Translations under genes and position numbers: made by a program
From: Armatimonadota bacterium
Lineage (GTDB): Bacteria; Armatimonadota; UBA5829; DTLH01
DNA length: 24,367 nucleotides
Assembly: GCA_039679675.1 (NCBI GenBank)
Contig: JBDKUN010000024.1
Coordinates: 1-24,367, forward strand
Direction: 5' to 3'
Shown here: one piece after another, positions 1 through 7,303 of the stretch
How the letters are laid out: each line of letters begins with the position of its first letter
Numbering within the stretch: the stretch's first letter is position 1
The notes under the pieces: generated by a model
The model's input: only the letters and a program-made list of their open reading frames with translations
Told to the model about the DNA's origin: nothing
Database searches by the model: none

Positions 1-127
1 CAGATTTGAGACTCTTAACGACCTCAAGGATGCTGCACGTAGCACTTTTGATTCGTTGATAGGTGCTCCCTGGCGAGTGCTCAGCATTATTGGAGGCAAC
101 AGACTACATCTAGCGGAGGCTACTTAG
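1..127 (+). mobile_element. Probable 3' end of an IS630-family transposase and right end of the element (truncated by window edge)
   Basis: Frame 2 is open from 2 to TAG at 125-127: RFETLNDLKDAARSTFDSLIGAPWRVLSIIGGNRLHLAEAT*. This resembles IS630 transposase C-termini (F.tl.dL..a....F..l...P.rv.sl). It ends in GCTACT-TA, consistent with a TA target. Only 41 codons are visible. Confidence 0.4.
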
Positions 128-183
128 GATTGTTGCTTCGGACTGCTTGCTGCCGAAGCCGACACCGCAGGTGTTGAGACTGG

Positions 184-332
184 TAAACCTTTGCCGCCAG
201 CTAACGTTATTGATATTGATGGTATCTAATCACCCGAAAATGGAGAACAGCGATGGCAAAAAGGTTGGTAGCCTGTACGGTTTTGGCAGCACTCTCACTG
301 GTGTTATGTGTTTTTACTGTCTTTGCGGCATC
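184..332 (+). repeat. 149-bp direct repeat, copy 1 (upstream region + RBS + signal-peptide coding sequence)
   Basis: Matches 2794-2942 at 147/149 positions; mismatches at 252/2862 and 325/2935. Confidence 0.97.
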
Positions 333-1278
333 GATTAGTCCTTCGGTTTCTCAACCGGGCTCGAATTCAGGACACCTCTACTGCTCAACGGCGAATCCTC
401 TGGGAGTCGTGTATATAGACATGAAGACCGGCAGGGAACAGCGTCTGTTCAAGGACCCTGTATATATGCTTTCTGGAGGACCGAGATCATGGGTAGCTGC
501 ATTGAGATATGGCGGAAGAATAGAAATATTCAAAAGTGGTAAGCTGGTTCGGCTGCTAAAGTTGCATCATACCGATAACAGCTTGATCGGTTGGACTGGT
601 AATGCACTCCTATATAAATCGGAAAACCATATTTATGCGCTCGATGTGGCAAGAGGCGGCACCAAACCGCTGGGATTTTTAAATAACCTTGTCTATGCCA
701 ACCCAGCAAGTGCAGGTTGGGTGGCTATCAGCCAAAGTGAACAAAAGATAGAGGTTAATCTATATTCCAGCAACAAGGTAAGACCGGCCTATAGTTGGTC
801 GATGAAGTCCACCGGCAAATTCTGGGACAGCACCGTCGTAGGGAACAGGTATCTTGCCGTCTGGGTCAGAGAACATGATAGTAATGGCAACTACCTGAAA
901 GACAGGCTGTTGTTATTTGATCTGATAGATAAGCGGCAGTGGGAAATGCCTTCTCGCCCATGTGAGGGAATATCTCGGGGCCGTTCATCAGATGAGTTGC
1001 TGGCAGCTTATACACAAACCTCACCGCCATGGGAAGCGGCAAAAATCATTGTTGAAGCTATACATCTACCAGACTTGTCCGCGAAGAAACTGGTATCCGT
1101 AAATGTTGTTGGAGCCGACCTTGGGGGAGTAACAGCAGATGGCAAGTGGCTGGTGATGTATGCGGCGTATCCCGACAGCGGACCCGGGCATCCTGGAAAG
1201 GTATTTGCGGTGCGGTTGAAGGACGGCTACCGGCGCGTGGTACGCGAGAACGTATATGATTATGTCCTCACAAGGTAA
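253..1278 (+). CDS. Exported hypothetical protein, probably beta-propeller-like (TolB/WD40-like)
   Basis: 341-aa ORF with GGAG RBS and Sec signal peptide (MAKR + hydrophobic stretch + VFA-A). Repeated short beta-strand motifs (IYALDVARG, LLLFDLIDK, VTADGKWLV, VFAVRLKDG). Confidence 0.75.
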   Translation: MAKRLVACTVLAALSLVLCVFTVFAASISPSVSQPGSNSGHLYCSTANPLGVVYIDMKTGREQRLFKDPVYMLSGGPRSWVAALRYGGRIEIFKSGKLVRLLKLHHTDNSLIGWTGNALLYKSENHIYALDVARGGTKPLGFLNNLVYANPASAGWVAISQSEQKIEVNLYSSNKVRPAYSWSMKSTGKFWDSTVVGNRYLAVWVREHDSNGNYLKDRLLLFDLIDKRQWEMPSRPCEGISRGRSSDELLAAYTQTSPPWEAAKIIVEAIHLPDLSAKKLVSVNVVGADLGGVTADGKWLVMYAAYPDSGPGHPGKVFAVRLKDGYRRVVRENVYDYVLTR

Positions 1279-1308
1279 AATCTCCTCATAATGGGGGTGC
1301 TCTAGGGT

Positions 1309-2730
1309 ATGTGTCACAAATTGCAAAGACAGTCCGTAAAAGTCCCTGTATTCTTTTTCTCCATTATCCTAATCGCAGCAGTAATTGTGCTGGCTGTCCA
1401 CCGGCAAAATACCAAGCCTGCTAGTGTAGAACAAGCTTCAAGTAGACCGATTAAGATTTTATTTGCGGAGTCTAGCGACATGGTAATGTGCATGACTGCT
1501 TTGGACTTGGAAACAGGTAGGCTGGTTAAAGTCCAGAAGCTCGCACTTGAAAAACAGCAGAGGTACATAATTCAAGAGATTACCGTCGACAAAAAGGATA
1601 TGAAGGGACTAATCAGGCAGCTTTCTCTATTTGAGAACGAGTTGTCTAGTGTTCCTCCTGACATTTCCTGGTACAAAGGCACGTTTGGGATAGATGTCTA
1701 TCCATCAAGAGTCGAGATAAAGTGGACCGACCGGACAATAAATGTTGTGGTCCCGCCTTCAAAGGATATTCTACGTTATGCACCCAGGAAATCAGTCGCT
1801 GCATACAAAAAGCTTCTGGAGACTAGGGAAATATACTGGAAGGACGTGTGTTATAGGTATCTGGAGTTGTACAAGAAGAATTCGCCTCATGTACGTGTCT
1901 CTATCGTCGGTAACACGCATCCCCTGGCGCAGGAGTTTGAGTGGCTTTTGCCAACTAATAGCAGCCAATCGCTCAAAAAGAATTTGCACCCTGTGGTGCT
2001 TCCTTCAAACGAATCCGGTAGAGGCTTTCTAATTGGCGGGACTTTGAATGAAAAGTGGCTGCCGGAGGATAATATCGCTCCGTACATGCGTGGAAATGAA
2101 CAGTACAAGCTGTATTCTGAAACCGGTTTCCTCAAAAAGACAACCGGAACGAAACCATCGAAACAGCATGATGAACAGGATTACTTTGCTGTGCATATTC
2201 CCGGCCTTCAGAAAATGACCGCATCATTCACAATAGCGGTCGGCGGCAATTGGAACGCGATGCCTAGAAAAGCAGTCGCTTTACGGGCAATACCGAAGGA
2301 TTGTACTAAGGCAGTGCGAGCAATATTGGTGCAAAAGGAATTGGGAAATGCGCCGGTGAACATCACCCAGGCATTGCAAGTGGATCTGGAAGGCGACGGA
2401 GTAAACGAGATTATAATCACAGCGATAAGCCCTGATTTTGACAGGTATACATACAGAAAAGGCCAGTACTCTCTTGTGATGCTTCGAAAGATGGTTAACG
2501 GCAGGCCAAAGACTTTCCTCTTATCGCGCGAATTCCATTTTGAAAGCAGTGAAAACCGCTATCCTGAAGTCGATGGTATAACCGGACTTTGGGACATTGA
2601 TGGGGATGGTGCTCTTGAGATATTTTTACATCAGCTGCACATGCGTGCAGAAGTCATGAGGGGAAATGTTTATAAAATGAGGAATGGCGAACCTTATTCC
2701 ATTTACAGCTATGCCGTTAACTTTGGATAG
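1309..2730 (+). CDS. Membrane-anchored/exported hypothetical protein with C-terminal DxDGDG (FG-GAP/VCBS-like) loops
   Basis: 473-aa ORF with an N-terminal hydrophobic anchor (VPVFFFSIILIAAVIVLAV) and the motifs VDLEGDGVNE and WDIDGDGALE. Confidence 0.75.
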   Translation: MCHKLQRQSVKVPVFFFSIILIAAVIVLAVHRQNTKPASVEQASSRPIKILFAESSDMVMCMTALDLETGRLVKVQKLALEKQQRYIIQEITVDKKDMKGLIRQLSLFENELSSVPPDISWYKGTFGIDVYPSRVEIKWTDRTINVVVPPSKDILRYAPRKSVAAYKKLLETREIYWKDVCYRYLELYKKNSPHVRVSIVGNTHPLAQEFEWLLPTNSSQSLKKNLHPVVLPSNESGRGFLIGGTLNEKWLPEDNIAPYMRGNEQYKLYSETGFLKKTTGTKPSKQHDEQDYFAVHIPGLQKMTASFTIAVGGNWNAMPRKAVALRAIPKDCTKAVRAILVQKELGNAPVNITQALQVDLEGDGVNEIIITAISPDFDRYTYRKGQYSLVMLRKMVNGRPKTFLLSREFHFESSENRYPEVDGITGLWDIDGDGALEIFLHQLHMRAEVMRGNVYKMRNGEPYSIYSYAVNFG

Positions 2731-2793
2731 AACAGGTCTGATCGATAAGTTACCTGTATTGCAAATACAACCCGGGGAGAGGTTTTCCTCCAC

Positions 2794-2942
2794 TAAACCT
2801 TTGCCGCCAGCTAACGTTATTGATATTGATGGTATCTAATCACCCGAAAATGGAGAACAGCTATGGCAAAAAGGTTGGTAGCCTGTACGGTTTTGGCAGC
2901 ACTCTCACTGGTGTTATGTGTTTTTACTGTCTTTTCGGCATC
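2794..2942 (+). repeat. 149-bp direct repeat, copy 2
   Basis: Near-identical to 184-332 at offset 2610. Confidence 0.97.
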
Positions 2943-4119
2943 AAAAACACCGGATAATCTACTGAAGCCGCATACGATTACCTGGAGCGAAGGATCGTGG
3001 GGTGATTGTTCCTTTACTTACCAGGTTCAGAGAAAGTCGGATATCGAAAGCTCATTGCAGATGATGCTCAAAGCGGGTGATTTGAAGGATGCCGAAACGG
3101 ATAATTTGTCGAGTGTCTGGACAACGCAGCTCATTGAAACCTATGAATCCGGCAAGACAGGTTTTTCGGACATCGAGCTTGTTGTTCCCATCAAGGTGAA
3201 AAACCAGGTTGCTCCACAACTGCTTGTAATGTCGAGTCGTCCCAACTGGACTGATTATACTATATACGTACCGAATGCTTCATCCATCACCAGTGGATTC
3301 GGATACAGCACCCAATACAGAGACTCAATAAAATGGGTTGTAAAAAATGGCGAGCTGGATTACTTCGTTGTATTTGACCGTAATGCAGTGGCACCAGAGA
3401 ATCTGCGGGACACGTTTCCCTTCAGGGCAAGCGCCCTGCGCCGCGAATATCGGTTTGATGGGGACTACAATGTATGGAAGGTTGTCAGCAAGCGGTGGGT
3501 CAGGCTAAAAGAAAAGGATGATTCGTCTGGCGGCCAGTGGACTGAAAAGCCAAGTGACATCAAATTCATCTATAAGCCAAAGGTAAAGCAGCAGTCGAGT
3601 GTTGTCATACCTAAAATCGCTAACTTGGCTGGTATTAAAGTAGGATTTAATAGTATAGATGATACTGAAAAGAAATTAGGTCACGGAAAAGTTATTACCG
3701 GCGGCCATCCACAAGGCGCGCGTGTATGGCAATTTGAGAAAAAGGGCTGGATTCTCTATATCGATGGGTTCAACTACCGAAGCGGCAGCGATGGTGCAGT
3801 CATCGACGTAGTGGAATTGATGACTTCAAAGCGAGGTCATGAGCTAATAGAAGGCGGCAATGTCCCAAAGGTATCACCATCCTATCCCAAACTCGGGTTC
3901 TGGACATTCTTGCCGCTCGGCACATCCTATGAGGAGGCTATCAAGCTGTTGAAACAAAAAGGACTGCCACCGGAGATCGTGAAAGGCACTATTCTGGTCA
4001 AGGCAAAAGGTATTTCTCCTCCAATGAACGTAAACAGGTTTGAGCCCTTCCGCAGTTGGCAGGCGGAGCTTGATTTTGAGAAAAACCGACTGGTTGAGAT
4101 TACTATCACCTGCGACTGA
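2863..4119 (+). CDS. Exported hypothetical protein sharing its signal peptide with 253..1278
   Basis: 418-aa ORF; first 24 aa identical to the 253 ORF, mature region unrelated. Confidence 0.8.
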   Translation: MAKRLVACTVLAALSLVLCVFTVFSASKTPDNLLKPHTITWSEGSWGDCSFTYQVQRKSDIESSLQMMLKAGDLKDAETDNLSSVWTTQLIETYESGKTGFSDIELVVPIKVKNQVAPQLLVMSSRPNWTDYTIYVPNASSITSGFGYSTQYRDSIKWVVKNGELDYFVVFDRNAVAPENLRDTFPFRASALRREYRFDGDYNVWKVVSKRWVRLKEKDDSSGGQWTEKPSDIKFIYKPKVKQQSSVVIPKIANLAGIKVGFNSIDDTEKKLGHGKVITGGHPQGARVWQFEKKGWILYIDGFNYRSGSDGAVIDVVELMTSKRGHELIEGGNVPKVSPSYPKLGFWTFLPLGTSYEEAIKLLKQKGLPPEIVKGTILVKAKGISPPMNVNRFEPFRSWQAELDFEKNRLVEITITCD

Positions 4120-4168
4120 TGGACAAGTGATAAAAACACCCTCAAACTCTGCCTTCTCGCTCCCTTGC

Positions 4169-4197
4169 TTGTGACTGCTCAGGAGGCGCGATATAAT
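4169..4197 (+). promoter_or_regulatory. Sigma70/SigA-type promoter
   Basis: TTGTGA (4169-4174), 17-nt spacer, TATAAT (4192-4197). Confidence 0.65.
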
Positions 4198-4223
4198 GGT
4201 TGTGCAACGTGGAGGTAACACAA

Positions 4224-4772
4224 CTGAAGATCATCCGCATCGTATTTCAAGACATTCAACCCAGGTTCGACCCTGCCGGACAATTGCCAAAGTGCGTCCT
4301 CGTGCTGGACATGGAAGACCAGATGGAGCTTCGTACAAATGACGTGCCATGCATCGCGGAAAAGCTCGAAAAAGCGCTTCCCGGCATCTTTCCGGACGAG
4401 AACAGCCCTATCGACCACTCCTGCGGCGGACGCGGCTCGAACGTCGAAAAGCACAGCTTCCGGGAAGAAATAGAGCGGGGGACTAATATACCGCACCTTT
4501 TGGAGCACGTGCTCATATACCTCCTCAGCCGGAGGTCCAACCACTGCGCGGCATATTGCGGCCAGCGCTCGGTCGATCTTGAACAGGGGATCAACACTCA
4601 TTACTACCTTGTGATGGAGTGCCCTTCCGAGCTTGAAGCAGTAGTCGCAATCGACCTCGGATTCCAGATTGTGTCCGCGTTAATTAGCGGCAGTACGATG
4701 GTTATAGACCCTGCCAAGGTACTGGACGGCATCCAACAGACAATAAAGCCGATGGTCAACCTGGCTGCATAG
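4224..4772 (+). CDS. Stand-alone cyanophycin synthetase N-terminal-domain-like protein (putative metallohydrolase); probable CTG start
   Basis: LEKALPG..DHSC...FREEIERGTNIPHLLEH matches the CphA N-domain pattern (LP.l.eH.C....F.erl..GT...H..EH). No ATP-grasp or Mur-ligase domains. GGAGGT at 4211-4216 lies 7 nt before an in-frame CTG giving (M)KIIRI. The ORF track start is 4200. Confidence 0.75.
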   Translation: MKIIRIVFQDIQPRFDPAGQLPKCVLVLDMEDQMELRTNDVPCIAEKLEKALPGIFPDENSPIDHSCGGRGSNVEKHSFREEIERGTNIPHLLEHVLIYLLSRRSNHCAAYCGQRSVDLEQGINTHYYLVMECPSELEAVVAIDLGFQIVSALISGSTMVIDPAKVLDGIQQTIKPMVNLAA

Positions 4773-4845
4773 ATACTGGACCATCCACAAGCGTTAATAC
4801 CTCTCAATATCAAGCCCTGCCCTGCTGATACCGATAATGTGAGCA

Positions 4846-4917
4846 TATCAGGAACCTTAGCGGCCTGGCGATAGTCATAAAAATGGGAACGCCGGTGAAC
4901 TCCGGCGAGGGAAGGAG
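4846..4917 (+). ncRNA. Candidate structured cis-regulatory leader (ldcC-motif-like)
   Basis: Hairpin 1 CAGG-AA-CC-TTAGC-GG-CCTG; linker ending TGGGAA; hairpin 2 CGCCGG-TGAACT-CCGGCG; then AAGGAG 7 nt before an in-frame TTG at 4925. The family name comes from my recollection of the motif, not a search. Confidence 0.45.
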
Positions 4918-4924
4918 TCTCAGG

Positions 4925-5401
4925 TTGGGAAAATCGGGTACATTGATAGACTGCCAAACAACTCACGATCTGGCGGTCAGCCGCTTGGCTGATTCGAGAT
5001 TTTGCATTGACGATTGGACCGTCAGAACAAACACCTGTTCCAAACCGGGCTATATATTCGAGTCTGCAACCCCCGATATAGTAGCGGAGTGCGATGGCCG
5101 GGTAGTGGCGATCGGAGAAGTGGAAACCATGGAAACCATTTCTCAGGAACGAGCTGAACAGTGGAAATCTTTTGGTGAAACATGCGTCAGATTTTATATA
5201 TATGTTCCAGAGGGCGCCGAGGAAACAACTGCACGTTTGATCGCAAAACACAAAGTCATGTGCGCCGGAGTCAGGAGCTACAGCCTTAACGAAGAAAATG
5301 AAACCAAGCGAGTAGACCTCGACCAGGTATGCTGCAACACCGATGATCATCCCTGGTGGTTGTCACTCGGGAGTTCTGATTACAATTGTTCCAAGTCATA
5401 A
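4925..5401 (+). CDS. Hypothetical protein with PD-(D/E)xK nuclease-like fold
   Basis: PDIVA...IGEVET motif followed by EQW..F....FYIYVP; Cys-rich. Start moved to TTG 4925 because of the RBS; the ORF track start 4883 lies inside the structured leader. Confidence 0.65.
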   Translation: MGKSGTLIDCQTTHDLAVSRLADSRFCIDDWTVRTNTCSKPGYIFESATPDIVAECDGRVVAIGEVETMETISQERAEQWKSFGETCVRFYIYVPEGAEETTARLIAKHKVMCAGVRSYSLNEENETKRVDLDQVCCNTDDHPWWLSLGSSDYNCSKS

Positions 5402-5715
5402 ATTTCGATACATTACCGCTGTGGGCTACAATACTTAAGCGGATTCTGGTAATCCTGATCTTAACGGCACTTGGGCTTCATGCCTATGTGCAGTATAAGA
5501 GGCAGACGCGGATGTCTACACCGGAACGCTGGGCTTTTTTGGCGTTTTCAGTGGTAATGATGTTCGGCGTTATAGTCAACGTAGTTTCCATTGCATTTGC
5601 AGCCAAACTCAATCTTCGGAAGGGACCTTACAACTTCGGAAGCTTCTCGCTGTTTCTTTTCATCATTTACCTCATCTTCGCAGGCGGCATCACTCACAGA
5701 AAACGCACCTTTTGA
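5386..5715 (+). CDS. Small membrane protein (about 3 TM helices)
   Basis: 109-aa ORF overlapping the preceding stop codon; three hydrophobic segments separated by basic loops. Start uncertain. Confidence 0.65.
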   Translation: MFQVINFDTLPLWATILKRILVILILTALGLHAYVQYKRQTRMSTPERWAFLAFSVVMMFGVIVNVVSIAFAAKLNLRKGPYNFGSFSLFLFIIYLIFAGGITHRKRTF

Positions 5716-5746
5716 CTTTCATCTGTGCTTTCAATAGATAAGCATT

Positions 5747-5782
5747 AAAAAAAGCGGGGCCGGAATCTCCGCCTCGCTTTTT
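5747..5782. terminator. Bidirectional intrinsic terminator
   Basis: A7-GCGGGGC-loop-GCCTCGC-T5 between convergent genes. Confidence 0.8.
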
Positions 5783-5807
5783 CTATATTAAACCTATGCT
5801 TCAGTTA

Positions 5808-6536
5808 TTAATCCGCTGTTACTCGCCGCGCTCCCCTGTATCGTGACGCATAGTAACCCTGGTTGAGAGAACTTATTATAACGCCTGTACTTGGGGTAGA
5901 TGCGTGGATGAACCTGCCGCTTCCTATGTAAAGCCCTACGTGGGAAATACCCCGCTTGCGCGTTGCGAAGAAAACCAGGTCTCCGGGCTGAAGGTTTTTT
6001 CTATCTACTGATTTGCCGCATGACGCCTGTGTTCTTGAGGAATGCGGAAGGTTTATGCCATGTTTGGCATATACGTGACGGGTAAAGCCGGAGCAATCGA
6101 ACCCTCTGGACCCGACTCCACCGCGCACATATCTGGCGCCTCTGTAAGCAAGAGCTGTCCGCACGATTTCGGAATTATTGCTGTCCGTTGAGCTCTCATT
6201 CTGTCTTTCTTCGACAAACTGTTTAGCTACACGCGGACCGAACCGCCTGACTTCCTTTTCGTCCGGCGAAGCGCTGTCTTTTTCGCTGCTTTTAACTTCG
6301 CCGTCTTTCTTTGTGGACGGAATAGCCAGCGTAGCACCAATCTTAAGCGGCTTACTTGCGCTTATATTGTTGGCACTCTTGATGTCATTGATGGATACAC
6401 CATATTTTCTAGATATACCCCAGAGCGTATCACCTTTGCTGACCTTATGCGACTCCGATGCTACGGCATTTGTCATTGGTAGCATCATCGAGAGGACCGT
6501 AATACCGATCCCCAAAGCGTGAAGTCTCTGCTTCAA
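5808..6536 (-). CDS. LysM + NlpC/P60 (C40) peptidoglycan endopeptidase
   Basis: Signal peptide; LysM (HKVSKGDTLWGISRKYGVS...LKIGATLAIP); C40 catalytic motifs FDCSG, HVG, HAS. TTG start at 6536 preferred because of upstream AAGGA and the promoter position; the ORF track start is 6569. Confidence 0.93.
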   Translation of the reverse strand: MKQRLHALGIGITVLSMMLPMTNAVASESHKVSKGDTLWGISRKYGVSINDIKSANNISASKPLKIGATLAIPSTKKDGEVKSSEKDSASPDEKEVRRFGPRVAKQFVEERQNESSTDSNNSEIVRTALAYRGARYVRGGVGSRGFDCSGFTRHVYAKHGINLPHSSRTQASCGKSVDRKNLQPGDLVFFATRKRGISHVGLYIGSGRFIHASTPSTGVIISSLNQGYYASRYRGARRVTAD

Positions 6537-6578
6537 TACACCACATCCTTTTCCGGCCGTTCGCCTCATGCTTCGGCA

Positions 6579-6607
6579 ATAATAACCGATAGCCTTTATA
6601 TTGTCAA
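6579..6607 (-). promoter_or_regulatory. SigA-type promoter of the NlpC/P60 gene
   Basis: Minus strand TTGACA-N17-TATTAT. Confidence 0.7.
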
Positions 6608-6689
6608 CCCGAATCCAAACGTGAACCAGGTAATTTTACCGGGGAATTATTCCCCGTAACGGCCTAGTATACAAAACACACATTTTGGA

Positions 6690-6717
6690 GTATCGGCAGA
6701 TCGGGCCGAAATAGTTA
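6690..6717 (-). promoter_or_regulatory. Sigma28/SigD-like promoter upstream of the NlpC/P60 gene
   Basis: Minus strand TAAC-N16-GCCGATAC, versus consensus TAAA-N15/16-GCCGATA(A/T). Confidence 0.5.
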
Positions 6718-6750
6718 GGGTAGTCAGAAGAACGCAGTGTTGGCGTACGC

Positions 6751-6780
6751 AAAAAGGGAAGCGAAATATCCGCTTCCCTT
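6751..6780 (-). terminator. Intrinsic terminator after the zinc-ribbon gene
   Basis: Minus strand AAGGGAAGCG-GATATTT-CGCTTCCCTTTTT. Confidence 0.85.
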
Positions 6781-6785
6781 AGCAC

Positions 6786-7148
6786 TTATTTTTTCTCTTC
6801 GTCTTCACGTTTCGCTGTCGGTTCAGCAGGCGGGGCAAGATCCCTTAGCGAAGAATCTTCTTCGAGCAGGAAATGAGCGTCTATGACCTCGCTTATATCT
6901 ATCGGGCCAAGTTGTTCAAACTTTTCTTTCTCTTCAGAGGAGATTTCGCTGGGTGTATCCCGAAGAATTCCGTCTTCCCAGTCCTCCTGTTTTACAAACT
7001 GCTCGCCGAGCTTCTTGCATCTGGAGCATCGGAACTTAACGTAAACGAAGCTGGGTCCGAACAGCCTTAGATAATAGCCGGTCTGCATAACATCTTTTGC
7101 TACTATCCGCTGCCCACAGTTGCACCTGATCATCGACTTGATAGCCAT
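6786..7148 (-). CDS. Zinc-ribbon-containing hypothetical protein
   Basis: CNCGQ...CSRCKK cysteine pairs; acidic C-terminus; GGGGG RBS-like tract before ATG 7148. Confidence 0.8.
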   Translation of the reverse strand: MAIKSMIRCNCGQRIVAKDVMQTGYYLRLFGPSFVYVKFRCSRCKKLGEQFVKQEDWEDGILRDTPSEISSEEKEKFEQLGPIDISEVIDAHFLLEEDSSLRDLAPPAEPTAKREDEEKK

Positions 7149-7244
7149 AAACACACCCCCGCTTCAAGTAAGATTAGTCTCAGTGTGCCTGTTCCAAACA
7201 CTATGGAACAGCTCACGCTGTATGAAAGGATAAAATCCATTTTC

Positions 7245-7273
7245 ATTATATCACGGATTACACGTGCTGCCAA
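7245..7273 (-). promoter_or_regulatory. SigA-type promoter of the zinc-ribbon gene
   Basis: Minus strand TTGGCA-N17-TATAAT. Confidence 0.7.
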
Positions 7274-7303
7274 TCGATTCTAGACAAATTCCGGCAGGCT
7301 TGC

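Noticed and set aside
184..215. CTAAC-GTTAT as an integron attC core
   Set aside because: No attC-length imperfect palindrome with R and L boxes, and no integrase in the window.
147..338. 63-aa ORF overlapping repeat copy 1
   Set aside because: Out of frame with the signal-peptide gene and has no RBS. Copy 2 does not preserve its start.
4883..4910. GGGAA-CGCCGGTGAACTCCGGCG as a cobalamin riboswitch
   Set aside because: Lacks the downstream CCCGC(A/C)ACTGT and AG(C/T)CAG B12-box elements, and is too short before the RBS.
6608..6690. c-di-AMP (ydaO) riboswitch upstream of NlpC/P60
   Set aside because: Plausible context, but no GCTGAATCC or CCCGTCAGCTAAC signatures.
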